A program made the position numbers and the translations under genes. The notes under the pieces were generated by a model. That model did not search any database. It was not told the origin of the DNA and worked only from the letters and a program-made list of their open reading frames with translations. A stretch of DNA of 64,000 nt from Tubulanus polymorphus (Eukaryota; Animalia; Nemertea), in assembly GCF_964204645.1 (NCBI RefSeq), contig NC_134026.1, forward strand, positions 11,989,950 through 12,053,949, read 5' to 3'. The stretch's first letter is position 1. Each line of letters opens with the position of its first letter. Below, piece by piece: positions 23,034 through 36,293 of the stretch.

Positions 23034-26000
23034 ATAACCATAAGGTAATGTTTTTATACCATCATCTAAAATATGCCTTTTATCATCAAATGGATTCAAA
23101 CTAGTTTTTTCAACTTCATTAATGTACATCTCGTGATCTTCTGATCTTAAACAATTCATTTTGTGTTTCATTACAATTGAGTTATATAAACACTTTATAT
23201 AATCTTGAAATTCTATATGTTTATCAACCACATGTTTTGTTATTCCTTTTAACTTTTTAGCTTCATGATCTTTTGTTCTGTAACTATACATTTTACTTCT
23301 TATCCCAACAAATTCAATCATTTCATCACCCCCTAATTCATCTTTAAACTTACCAGGAATCTTTTTATTATCATTGCTAAATAGTTCATGATCTTTGGGA
23401 TAATTGCTAAAATCAAAATGATGTTTCAATGTTTTTAAGTCTTTTGTTATATCATTTGTCTTGATTTTTAGTATGTAACTGTTAGTATTGAAGCAAATTA
23501 ATGGAAATCCACAGTTGAATGTGCCATCTTCAGTTGATAAATCATAAACATAATCTGTTGGGTTAGATATTTCAAATAAATCTTCTTCAGTTAAATCTTT
23601 TTCTGTGTGGCTTAAATTAAAGCAATTTGGTTTAGATTTAATCAATCCAATATTCATATTGAAGCCTAATGAATTACATAATATATTTAACCCTGATATA
23701 GCAACTTTTCCTTTCTGTGCAAAGGTTATCTTTTTATCCTTTGTAAATTTTTTAGCACCATCTGCTGCGTAGAATCCAATGAAGAACCATTTTCTTAAAT
23801 TATTTTTTGCATTTAATACATAATCTGGAACTATCTTTTCTTTAGTTGAAGTATTACTTTTCACTATTGCATGAATATAGAATTCATCATTATATTTTAT
23901 AGCAAAATCTTTAGGATTACTTACAAATATTCTATAAACCGCGGATGATTTCATATGATCCATAATTCTAAATGTTTTATGTGAATAAACTTCTTCGCAG
24001 AATTTCTATATTCTTTCTAATAATTTCAAATCTTGATTGCATAAATACCAACGATATTGAGTGCGATTAACATATTTATACACACCTGCTGAACCATCAC
24101 CCATGAAAAATCCTTTGATAAAATATTCTTTTTCTTCTAATGTTTCAGGTTCTATATTATAAATATTATCAATTACTTCATCAAATGACATATGATTCAT
24201 TCTTTGGAAAAATCTTTTATGTAATAATTCATCTCCAATTTTTATATCAGTTGGTTTTATTTCATTACCATTTCGTTTAATTAAACTATGATCTTCTGTA
24301 ACATCTACAAACCCTAATTTAGTTCTAACTCCATAGATTTTCTTATTTGTTTTATGCCTAATAATATTCTTTAATTTTTTCCATCCATTTCTTGTCCAAA
24401 CATCCATTAAACCATTTATTTGTATTAATTCTTTTTCACCATATGAAATATAACATTCATTTTGTTTTGGAATTATTTCTGAAATTCTTCTTATCAATAT
24501 TTTATCATTACATTTTAACAATATTGGGGTGTCAGCTGTTACAGAATCAAAATATAATATTTCAATATGCTTTTCCCCAAAAAGTGGTTGTAAAACATTA
24601 TAATAAAAATCATACGTTAATAATTTTGATACTTCTAAAACAGTTGAACCAATGAATATAGGTTTATTAAATTTCATTGAGGTTCTTTTTAATTTAACTG
24701 CTGTTAAATAATCTTCAAATCTTTTATTTCCTAAATGTCTAGGACTTGATTGTAAATGTCTTAATCGTTCAGAATTATTTACTAATTCAATATCATTTCT
24801 ATTTCTAATATTTTCACATGTTTTACCATAAAAACTATTATTCATTAATTTGAAGAAATCTTTTTCAAAATCTGTTTTTGATATTGTTCTGTGTTGAGTA
24901 TTGAAATCTATATATTTTTCTAACCACTTCGATTGATTAAATTCAATATATCTATGTACTTTCTTTAATTTCATTCCTTGTTTTAGATAAAATTTTAACA
25001 TTCTATAATGAACGATATATTTGTATTTATTATTTTGAGTAAGTATTAATTTTTCTGTAAAAACATGATCTTTCGGTTTTATTTTCTTCTGGTATTCACT
25101 TAAATAACTATCATCTACGGCTAAATGTTCTGGGCAATAAGGTAAGTTTCTTGTTTTAAACTTTATGTTATCAGGATATTCTAAATCAACTACAAAGAAA
25201 TAACCAATTGGTGCTTCATCTTTTAAACTCACAATTGCGCTTTCCCAATCAGTTTTATCATCATTTTCAACTTCTGTCAATATAAAATTTTTATATGGTT
25301 GAGGTTGTATCATTGCCCAACCATATAAATTATTGGCGTCAATATATAATAATTTATATTCATCATTTGCTTTAAAATACCTATCTCCCATAACACCACT
25401 AATTCCACCTCTAATTGATTTTTCAAATAATAAAACCATGTCTGGTTCTTTTAATAAATCTAATTCTACATTTGTGTATTTTAAACCACATTGCCAGGTT
25501 AAACCAGAACTAGAGTAGCAATAACAAGGATCAATATTAAAATGATTCAAATTAACTTCTCTAAATTTTTCAAATATGTCAGCCAATATCATAACATCTG
25601 ATTTTAAATATAAATCAACTAATTCACCATGATTTTTCATCTTAAAATGGTTCCAAATATTTAATGTTCTATTAAACACTTCATCTTTCACATACTCCCC
25701 TTTTTAATTGATCATAAAATTGATCTTTTAATAATTCTGTTACATTAAAATCATCATGTGTTTTATAAAATGAATAAGGAATTGCACCTTTATATCTCAA
25801 TAATTTAAAATCTTGTTCATTTTGATAATAATGTTGAGTTATTTTAAAATCATTATCAACTAAACTTTTTGCTAAATTATCTAATGAACTTGCTAGAAAT
25901 CTATAAGAATCTAAAAATCTAATGCAACCAAATTGAAATGAAATATAATTTTCCGATGTTTTAGCTAATAGTTTAAAATCATATTTTCTTACATTTACGC

Positions 26001-27984
26001 CATTCATAGCATTATATTCTTCTATTTCTTGATTAATTGCTCCCAATTTTCCCGATAATTGTTTTATAAATAGATGGGTATCATAGCCTGATAAATTATG
26101 AAATAATATTGGAACGAAATTTACTTTTTTAGCTTGTAAATTACAATCTTCATGAGCAGCCCCACGATATTCTGAATTTAAATGATCATGATCTCTAACT
26201 TTTTTATCAAATGAATAAAAACGTTTTTCACAATAACAACAATCAGTTGCATTATTAAAATCAATTTCATCTTCTTTTGTCATAACTATTCTTTTATTTT
26301 TGTTTAATAATTCTGCAAAATCACTTTCTAATTTAATTATTTTGTTACAAAAATTATTAACCACATCTTCACCTCTAAAAGAAATATATTGACTTTCATA
26401 TAATTCAGGATAATTTGATTTTATATAAATTCCATAAGCAGCAGCTCTTTGATGAACTTTTTTAATTGTATTTATAATTGGTGGGTCTTGTATTGTGTCT
26501 TCATTTAATTCGTTTCCTTTATCCATTGATTTTAATAATTGCTTTTTGTTATATATTTCTTTTCTATCTTGATCAGTTAATTCTTTATTCAACGATTCAA
26601 AATCCCCATAAATTTCAAATGGAACAATATTTTTAAATTTATGATTAATGAATTTCAACTCACAATCTTTTTTGTTGGCATTATTAATTTGCAAAAATCT
26701 TTATTATCACATAATTCTTTATGTTTTAGTAACGCATTCTCAGTCATAAATTTAGATAAACATTTTCTACATAGATAAATTTTACGATGGTAATCACTTT
26801 CTGTTGTTCTAAAGAATAAATCAATTTGTTTTAACCACATATAATGTTCATTTTCATCTTTTTTGTAATATAACAAATCTATAACATTTTCATCATCATA
26901 ATATTCTGTTAAATATAAAGCTTCCAATGTATAATCTTTAATATTTTCACCTTTTGTCTTTGGTAATTGCATTAATTCAAATACATTTATTTTTGAATGA
27001 TTAACTTTTTCTATTTTAGGAATCATTTTTATAGTTACTGGATATTGATCAATTTTATATAATGTTTCATATTTCCGGTAATTTGTTATTCTAAAACTAT
27101 GCGTCATATCTTCTGTTGGGTGTAAACAACTAATAATTGACCATAGAAAACATTTATTATCTTCATTTTGAACATTTATTACTGCTTTTGTTGTAAATGG
27201 TAATTTAATAGAACTTGATGCTTTAATATCCTTTTCTGTTGTAAAGTTTGAGTCATTTTTAAACATTGTTTTACTTTTTGATGTTTTATTCCTTTTTGTA
27301 TTATAAACATTTAAATCTAAAAATATAATTCCATTCAATGTTAAACCAGAACCCTCAAAATATCTGTCTTCAATATGACGTTTAAATTCATTAAATATTT
27401 TTTCTAACTTCTCTTTTATTTGCGTTTTTGAAATTATTTCTTCAGAGAGTGTTTGAATATTATAATCCATTTTCTCTTCTGACTTTAAAAAACTTACTTT
27501 CCCAGAGATACTAATTTTTGGATATTCAACATCTGTTATCAAATCTAGTATTTTTTCTATTATTTCATTAAATTTACTATAATCTTCTATTGTTAAAAAA
27601 ATCTAAATATAATAGCTGCAGGACCAATTTTACTACGTAATGTTTCTAATATTTCTATTGTATCTTTTATTTCTAGTGAATCAATATAATTTCTAACATT
27701 TTCCATGTAAGGTTTATTTGAAATAGATTTAGTTTTTGAAGCTGGTTTTTTTACTTGTTGAGGTTTATCGTCAAAATAATCAATTCCTAAAACATTATTA
27801 CTCAAATTTTGATAGTGTTTTTGTGATTCGTGTTTTTCTGGAGTTTCAAAATCTATTACATTTTTATATGATTTGCAGATTTTTCATGTTTAGATTTATT
27901 AGATTTATCAATGTATTTTTTACAATATGGACAATAATATTGATTTTCATTAACATCAATTTGTTCTGTGTTATTCTCTCCCAT
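23031..27984 (-). pseudogene. POLB: Protein-primed PolB with intein, multiple frameshifts
   Basis: Same motifs as A; motif C split as YFD-[intein]-TNSY. Confidence 0.93.
23487..24545 (-). mobile_element. Intein (~353 codons) with LAGLIDADG homing endonuclease in pPolB motif C; one in-frame TAG at 24006-24008
   Basis: Precise in-frame 1059-nt insert absent from A and C. Block A SVTADTPILL, block B VDVTEDHSLI, LAGLIDADG blocks YFIKGFFMGDGS and WFFIGFYAADG, block F YVYDLSTEDGTF, ends CFN followed by extein Thr. Confidence 0.93.
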
Positions 27985-28316
27985 TTATAAGGAAAAAAAA
28001 TTACTTGTGGTGATGAGTGGGGATTACTTCCCCATGTCTATAACAAGCGCGCTATTAACCGTTCTCATCCAAGCCTCACAGCATCTATTTATCCGAGCAC
28101 AGCTGACACGCAATCACTGTACCACAGTAATAGCACACGCGTTAATAACCGTTCTCAGTAGCGACTCACTGTATCGATCTATCCACGCGCAGTTGTTGTT
28201 ACGCGCACTCACTGTATACATGTATCACAACGCTGTTGACCGTTCTCGGCCTAGCTGTGATGAGTGGTGTCTCGTACTCTCGTACTCTGGTATGGAACCC
28301 CACTTTTCCTATTACT
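27980..28316 (-). repeat. Right terminus of copy B with a 236-bp extra block between 11-bp direct repeats
   Basis: GTGATGAGTGG at 28010-28020 and 28257-28267; terminus reverse complement AGTAATAGGAAAAG...AGAGTACG-AGAGTACG-AG. Confidence 0.8.
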
Positions 28317-28339
28317 CCCTTAATTTGAAATTAACCTAG

Positions 28340-29260
28340 TGATGTCCAGCTCAGAGACTCGAAATTTACACAAACACTCGTGAAAAAGGGCGATGATTAA
28401 TTAACTCAGAAACTCAGAATGTACTAACAAAATCACCTTTGAAATTAAAAGGGCAGTGATTTCAGCTCACAGAAACTCGGAATTCACCTACAAAGTCACT
28501 TGCGAAATTTAAAAAAAGATGATTTCAGCTCAGAAATTCAGAATTTACCTAAATCACTTATGAAATGCGATGATTTCACTTCAGAAATGTAGCGGTGTGA
28601 CATCGCTCTCTTGAAAAGAAACCATTGTTGTTCTGGTGAGTTGTGTGTGATCCCGGTTGTCACTGCGAAATTAAAAGGGCGATGATTTCAGCTCAGAAAC
28701 TCGGAATTTACCTAAAAGTCACTTGCGACATTAAAAGGGCGATGATTTCGGCTCAGAAACTCGGAATTTACCTAAAAGTCGCTTGCGAAATTAAAAGGGC
28801 GATGATTTCGGCTCAGAAACTCGGAATTTACCTAAAATTCGCTTGCGAAATTAAAAGGGCGATTATTTCGGCTCAGAAACTCGAAATTTACCTACAAAAT
28901 CGCTTGCGAAATTAAAAGGGCGATGATTTGAGCTCAAAAACTCGGAAAATACCTAAAAAGTTACTTGCGAAATCAAAAGTGCTCATTTCAGCTCAGAAAC
29001 TCGGAATTTAGCTGTAAAGTCAATTGCGAAATTAACAAAAAGGGCGATGATTTCAGGTCAGAAACTCGGAATTTAGCTACAAAGTCACTTCCGAAATTAA
29101 AAGAGCGATCATTTCAGCTCAGAAACACAGAATTTACCTACAGAATCACTTGCGAAATTAAAAGGGCGATGATTTCAGGTCAGAAACTCGGAAAATACCT
29201 CAAAAGTCACTTGTGGAAATAAAAGGGCGATGATTTCAACTCAGAAACAATGAATTTACG
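28340..29260. repeat. Tandem satellite, ~60-bp unit, roughly 14 degenerate copies
   Basis: Unit approximately AAAGTCACTTGCGAAATTAAAAGGGCGATGATTTCAGCTCAGAAACTCGGAATTTACCT. Confidence 0.9.
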
Positions 29261-30403
29261 TAGTCGGATACTCCCTTATACATGTATCACGATCACATTT
29301 ATATCACATGAATACTGATGGTCCAGAATTTTCTCCTCTTTTCTCTTTTCCGTTCCGACCATTTTTTTCTGGCTGTAAATCGATGATACATGTCAACAGT
29401 CGTTATTCTAGTTGTGAGAGTATATTGGAAAAAATAAACCCGAAATATTTCAGTGTTTTTAATCATTTCTTGTAGATATGGATTACATTTTTCCGTTTAC
29501 AAAAATTAATTGGAAGTCGTATAGTTTTTGGAAACGGCTGGAAATTTTCGAAGTCGAAGGATTTGTCTGGTCCCAAATGATCCAACTTACGCAAGGCTTT
29601 AGACTTCGGATAAACCGTCGAAATCACTTTTCTAATTTTAAAACTAGTTATTCATAGCTCAGGAAGTCGGAAGAAACCCCACTTCATCTCTCCTTGCAGA
29701 ATCGGATTTGGCACTGGAAATTATTTTGTAAAATGTGTTTTAACTACCCCACTAAACAACGAGTCAACATGTTTAATGGATGGCTGAATTTTTAAATTTT
29801 GATGCTATGTATGTTGCGCTCATCTTAATCACTGTTCTAAACATTTAGGCTAAGTAACATCACGATGTGAACGCATTACATGTAATATTATGATTGAAAC
29901 AATAAAAATAAATCCATGCTTCAAAATATTTCGTATTGGGGCATTACGTCGAGTACTTCAGTAATTATCATTAAATGATATGATAAAATGCCAGAAAAAT
30001 GTATGTGTAGGGCTGAACAGGTCATTCGTTGGGCTCTGCATCAAAGATCTGGTCTGCAGCAACGATGTGGGGGCCTCGAGATATTGCATTAGAAGCCTTG
30101 GCAGTACATAGGAATCGATCTGCAGTCTGGGCCGACCACAATTCGATATTTTTCCTTCTATATATTTCAGATATTCGCCCAACGGTGTTGTCTTCCAGTC
30201 AAAACTATACATGCATAAACTACTCAACTAAAATACCCAATACGATAACGTGAACGTCGGAAATTGATGTCGGGAATTGAACATGTGTAGGCCCTAGTCG
30301 TATAAGGAATTAAGTATGCTGCATCGAATCGATCCTATTCCTTTTCAGCAATGGAAACACAACGCTATGGTCTTATTTGAAAATATCTTTATTGACATGT
30401 AAA

Positions 30404-30507
30404 TATGCACAAAATCTGTAGAGATATGATTAATTCTCGATGCTAAAGGATGCTAAACTCTTAAACCTATGCACAAAATCTGTGGAGATATGATTAATTC
30501 TCGATGA
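30404..30507. repeat. 39-bp direct repeat, two copies
   Basis: TATGCACAAAATCTGT(A/G)GAGATATGATTAATTCTCGATG at about 30404 and 30468. Confidence 0.7.
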
Positions 30508-32602
30508 CTACAACATTAATACATATGTGTCAAACCTACGATGGAGAACCGAAACATTTTTTTCTCAACTATTTTGTCATTTTTTGACTGGTCCCCTGTT
30601 GTACAACCATGGACTCTTAGAAACAACATGCCATGCAACAGAAATAATCTATACTCACAATGGTTGTTACGTGGTATGGCAATAATGAATATTCCGACAC
30701 TTTTGATAATTACAGCACAAAATTAATCTTTTACACAGGGGTCATTTTAAACTATGTACGATATACATGTACCTGAGGTTGATCGAAATTCCTCAAATCG
30801 AAAATAACTGAATCTACATAGGGGAATCAATATTATACCTTGTAGACAAATGGCCATTTAACATCATTATCAACATGGTTTTCATAAAAATTGACTAATA
30901 CGTAGTAATGTATTCAAATTTTCAATTCCCGGTGTAGAGTATACTCATTAGTCACAGATTTCTACAGGTATATAACATGTGAGAGTGCTAATGATTATTG
31001 AATATGAAGAAAATCATACATTGGATAATATAGCAGCAATATTAGACAATTGGTGGTCACCAATTTTAATAGGGGTAGACCTCTTACCTGCTAATACACC
31101 AGGGTCAAGGAAATCAATATAGGTTGGCAGGCTGTATGGTGCCAATGAAAAATTCAAGATGGCAGACATGGCTGTCATGTTGGACATATCATCTAGCTGA
31201 TAGATCACCATTTTCAATATCACCTCTTACCTGTTCCAACTCATACACAAACTTTCAAGAAGATTTATTAAGACTTACCGTCTGTAGAGTGCTAACAAAC
31301 CTTACAGGAGGGTGGTGCAGGAGGATTAGAGATTATTACAACATTGAACATTTTGAAAGTTCAGATGAGAAACTAAGCTTCTTTCGCAAGTTATTTTGTA
31401 CCAATGGAGGCACGTGTCATACATGAGCAAAAATGGACTTCAGTAAAGCAAATGTCCATAAAAATTATACGATGCCCCTAGGAAAGGCATCAAGACAACA
31501 CATCAAAGTGTAATGAAAACGTTAAAAAGAAACCTGATTCCATCTATGGACACTCTTAATCCTCAAATGTTTGAATATTCAATACAAGTTCATACCTGCA
31601 AATGGAAATCAATTATAAGAATTCACACATGGAATCAAAATTAGAAGTTGCGTTGGCAGAACCATAGAAGAGAATCTTCAATGACAACAAAATAGAGAAT
31701 ATTCTTTTTTTCAGAGTACATTTTTAAACGAGGGGTCCAGGAACACTATGCCTACTAGGAAAGTGGTATGAAATGCCCAAAAATCAGACAATTTCTATAT
31801 TCTATGCCTCTTATACAGTAACCTTTGGAATTTACCACTAAAACTTGTCATGAGCTACAATTTTGCAATTATTGTAACAAAATAAGCCCGGATATCAATG
31901 TAATATGAAAATACTACGTTATTTGGCTATTCAGCGCTCACTGGTGACAATATACATAACCCGATGACCTTGAACCCCACCCAAATTATAGAACAAGTCA
32001 TGAGCTACAATTGATTGCGGTTACTAAATTTTAAACGGATAGGTACCAATATAAATGGACGAATTGAATATATTCAACAACTGCCCCTGATGGTGAGAAA
32101 AAGAACTGGGTGATCCCAATTTCACATGAGGAGATGAAACCTATGACGGTGCTAATAATTATCAATTATCAAGACTCAAATTTAACACCCGTTGAAATTT
32201 TTCCACTTACGAATGAGTATTCATCACACTAAGATGGCCACCAGCTGCAAAATATTTGACTGATCAAAATATGTCTGATATGTTAAAGATCCCTTCCCTT
32301 ATAATACCAATCACAAATTTCAACGAAAAATGGCAAACCATTAGGAAGCTACAGGTCTTGCATATTCAAGCCAAAAATAACCTTTTAGCACATAGAAAGG
32401 TTACAGGATGGCCATCTTGTAACCAATTGACCCAATTCTTCTAATGCTGATGGGTACAGGGGGACACATATAGTTCAAGATAATTGATCGATTTGCTTCA
32501 AAATTTTCATTGATAAAATGTGTAAAAAGCGTTGATTCTGGAGACTGTCATCTTGATTCTAACAGGCTCAGTTTTAGGGCAGTCAAGCGGATGATTAGTG
32601 AA

Positions 32603-32645
32603 TGCAATAGCCCACGGGGACTTAAGTCCCAGTTTAGCTAAAAAT
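32603..32645 (-). mobile_element. End of a non-autonomous Helentron/HINE-like element (TTTTTAGC + palindrome + GGGCTATTGC)
   Basis: Reverse complement TTTTTAGCTAAACTGGGACTTAAGTCCCCGTGGGCTATTGC resembles 43381-43421; family assignment is inference. Confidence 0.4.
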
Positions 32646-33859
32646 GAGAAACCTTTTAACACTTACCATTTATCATTTTTTAACATAACACTTACGGTAC
32701 CAATTTAACAGTTACCATATAACAAAGGGTTTATTATCAGGTCTTATCTAAATATCCGAAACCGCATAAAATCTAATTCTATTTTGTAAAAACAATCTAA
32801 TTTCAATTTTAGTAAGCGCCCTTTCAATACCTAAAAATATTCCCATGATTGAAGTAAATGACTGATTTTGAATACACTCTACAGAAAACAATAAACATCA
32901 CATAATGATTACCACTTGCAGCCACCTTAAACAATCATCTCCATTGCTACGAAGTTCAACCATTTGCTCCTCGGCTATATCATCCAGTGATTCCATGAAC
33001 CTCCATATATATCATAATGAGTGTCTCAGGAAGAAGCACACGAAAAACATAATCCATATTGGCCTACTGGAAGACACAAATATATTTAAAGATTTTAAAG
33101 ATGATACTCATTGTACATGTATTTTCCTATGATTAGTCATACGTACCTTCATGTGCATCTGACAATATAGGCCTATATCAGTTGAAAGTTTCACAATTAG
33201 GTCACACTGATTTTTGCTGTACAGTTGCGATGGTACCTGGTACGTCAAGTTCACTGTAAAAGATCCATTTAAACATGAACATATGAGATCAAAATCTACA
33301 TGTAGTTACAGTGGAACCTGGCTGTAACAAACTTAGACACAACAATTCATCACATCGTCAAGTGATACATTCAGCAAATATGGCCCATTATTCATACTTA
33401 CACCTTTTCTTTCCTCCTGCTTTATGATCATCAAGATGTCGACATAAAATCTGAAATCATATCAAGTTTAATATAATTGCTATCGGCAATGTATACTTAT
33501 AACATGCTAAGGTGTGATGTACATGTATTATTCAAAGTAATCAGCAATTTTTTAAATTTTTGAGATCACAATGGATCAAATCAATCAAACACCAGTCTTT
33601 ATTCAAAAGGTCCAAACCTGTCAAAATATGGAGGAACAGAAGAGCAGTACGAAAAAGGTTGAGAAAAAAAGTAATACTTAGCTTTGGAAAATGCTGCCTA
33701 GATATCAACGATTTTTATTTAGCAAATTAACCAAATCATCATCCTTCAACTACGAAACCTCTCTGTAAGAAAACAGAAGAAAATCAAATATATTTTTTGA
33801 CTAGGAAGATGTATCAAGTATGAGCTTGCCATTTTATGATTTTAAACAAGTGCTAGATG

Positions 33860-35131
33860 ACCCGGAGGTAGCAACGCGACTTGGGGTGGATTTGGCACCT
33901 GAACGTGTCTGGATCCACGCCACCCATTGCCAGGAAGAAGCGTCTGAACTACCTGTTTGGGTGAGGTCATCCGAAACTAGATGCTCGCTGAGAAAGGACA
34001 GGTCTGTCACAGTGCGTACGCCTCCCGAGGCATTGATCACTGTAAACAGTCTCGAGTTCCAGCCCAGAGAGGACTCGTCCGGTATCTGCTAACATGTTGT
34101 AGTAATAGTGTACATGTTCAATTTGTTAACAAACATTTAATCTCAATTCATTTACTGGTGAAGGGAGCACATTTCTCCAATTTGGCTGTGTAATTTTGAG
34201 GTTCTGGACGATCTCTTCCCATCGGCTGGATTTCCCTAATCAGCGAGGATCTTGCTGCCAGAATCATGTTGATTTGAGCCTTGACAGCCAGTAAAATCAC
34301 ACGAGTCACTGACCTAGGAACTAGATAATTCTATTCATACAGGGTCCATAGGATGTTCTTAACCCGTCGATAGGTGGCTCAGAAACTTTCCCGGCTCGGG
34401 GGCCCGACTCCAGCGGCGGATAGGTAAACCCAGTCGGCCGGTCCTGGACCCGTATTTATCAATACACATCAACTCGGCTGCCACCACAGATGACTCGCCA
34501 AGAGTGTGAGCATCCTCCTTGGAGGCGGTATCTGAAGCCATACACTCAGCCTGTTCCGCGGACTTACGAGGTTTAGGCATGGTGGCGCCATGTTTGCATA
34601 AAACCTTTTGAATGAGCGTGTAGAACTGACTATCCGCCGGTGCTGAAAAGTTGAAACTGGTAGCGAACGAGCCCGAAGGCGGTCGGTCAAACGTTAATGG
34701 TGAACAGGAAGTGGTCAATTCGGATGGTGGAATCCAAGGCGACGACTCCCTGGAACCCGGATGCGTGATGGGACCTGCCTAAGAAAATTCGGCAAAATCC
34801 TTGCGGTCAGGATCCGCATGGGTAACATCCCTGGGACTGGAGTTCTCTGACTCGGAAGACAGAGAGCGAAGGGCTACAGAGCCAGTCGGGTTGAGGTGAC
34901 CCTTTGCCGACTCTAACAGTCCCCGAAGTTCTGCCTGAAAGGCCTTAAAATCCTCTGCCTAATCTAACTTGGATGAGGATGTAGTCTGCTCAGGAGACAA
35001 GGAGATCCTGCGACAGCTCCTGTAAGGACGTTAAGGACGTTGAGGACGCTCTGCTTGACCTCGAGGAGCTGGAGCGGGAGCATGGCCTTCTCGGATGGTA
35101 ACGGTCGTAATTCCTCCGGCTGGATGTGGTC
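33860..35131 (-). pseudogene. DIRS-like retrotransposon remnant (RT N-terminus and Ser/Pro/Arg-rich ORF1)
   Basis: GC-rich; minus-strand GWNSRLFTVINASGGVRTVTDLSFLSEHL resembles DIRS RT (SRLF.V.K..GG.R.V.DL..LN); SR-rich ORF upstream is interrupted by element D. Confidence 0.6.
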
Positions 35132-35336
35132 AGTAATAGGGGTTTAGTTGGTTCATACCAAAGGTCGAAAGGTCGAGCTCGTAAAAATGAAAAATATGAA
35201 AATAATAACAATTTCTACTTGAATTAGTCGCGTACACTCCTAATTCAAGTAGAAATTATTATTATTTTCATATTTTTCATTTTTTACTCACTCGCCCTTT
35301 CAACCTTTGATATGAACCAACTAAACCCCTATTACT
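35132..35336. repeat. 205-bp imperfect terminal palindrome (hairpin)
   Basis: AGTAATAGGGG...TTGAATTAG-TCGCGTACACTC-CTAATTCAA...CCCCTATTACT; ~96-bp arms, 12-nt loop; inverted truncated copy at 38087-38247. Confidence 0.92.
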
Positions 35337-35759
35337 CTTAAAATATTCATATACATGGATAAAATATATATATGAATAACATGTAAATTTATAGATTATC
35401 CAATATAAAAGTGTGAGTAAAGTGTTAGTAAAAAAGTAACGAGTAATTAACGAGCTCTAATAGAATAGATATATAGATATATTTTAAACATATTTCAATA
35501 TCTATATTTGTATGAGTTAGATTTTTTAACATTAAAAGTGTTAGTAAAGTGTGATTGAAATAATTCATATATATTTATATGCGTTAAATTCTTATTTTCA
35601 ATATAAAAAGTAACGAGTAATTAACGAGTGAAATAATTCATATTTAAAACAGTGAATATTTATATTGATATGCGTTAAATTCTTATTTTATGTTTAAAAG
35701 TAACGAGTAATTAACGAGTTGATGAAAATATCAATTTAAATAAAAAACTACTTATAATT

Positions 35760-36293
35760 ATGAATGAACAGATACTACATTTCAAAGATATCGATTTAAA
35801 TGAATTAGAAAAATATTTTACAATTAAAAATTTTATTCCTATTAAAGATTTGATTAAAACTGCGCGTCTTCGTTTTCAAGTGAAAAATATTACTGAATTA
35901 GTGTTTAAAAATCATTATCTGATAATAGAGTTACCGAATGATGAAGATAAATTCTTATTCAATACAATAATTCCAAAATTCACAACATTTGATGGAATAG
36001 ATAAACATTTAATAATTACAGATGAAATGCAATCACTTTTTAATAATGAAAATTCACATAAAACATTATTTTTACACTTACGTTATTGCCCATTCAGAGA
36101 ATGCTATGTTATGTTTTTCAGATTACAAGAAAAGAGATTTATCCCTGACATTCCAAATGAAAAATCATATAAAGATGTTGGAATTCAATGTAATTTAGAT
36201 AATGAAATTGTTGCGCCTGAATATAATCCTAATGAAAGCGTTTTATGTGATTGTGGAAAATATTATATAAATATTGTTTGTCAGTTGAAATGA
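35760..36293 (+). CDS. Hypothetical protein of element D
   Basis: 177 aa open frame in very AT-rich DNA; no recognised domain. Confidence 0.55.
   Translation: MNEQILHFKDIDLNELEKYFTIKNFIPIKDLIKTARLRFQVKNITELVFKNHYLIIELPNDEDKFLFNTIIPKFTTFDGIDKHLIITDEMQSLFNNENSHKTLFLHLRYCPFRECYVMFFRLQEKRFIPDIPNEKSYKDVGIQCNLDNEIVAPEYNPNESVLCDCGKYYINIVCQLK

Larger units (their letters stand above)
15929..28316. mobile_element. Polinton copy B (same family as A): left part absent, internal deletion and duplication, intein in POLB
   Basis: Colinear with A from the ATPase to POLB; ends ...TTTTCCTATTACT at 28316. Confidence 0.93.

Noticed and set aside
27968-28339. 123-aa ORF across B's terminus
   Set aside because: Non-ATG start, spans TIR, insert and flank; no motifs.
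28340-29260. Possible CRISPR array or coding ORFs (28643-28915, 28965-29222)
   Set aside because: Head-to-tail ~60-bp units with no unique spacers; the ORFs are translations of the satellite.
29300-32600. Short ORFs and CAAGATGGC-rich stretches
   Set aside because: Look like degraded non-autonomous repeats; no boundaries or coding motifs I can support.
32900-33450. Possible minus-strand exons (ILCRHLDDHKAGGKKR; MDYVFRVLLPETLI)
   Set aside because: Splice-like boundaries are present but the frames do not join cleanly and I cannot assign a family.
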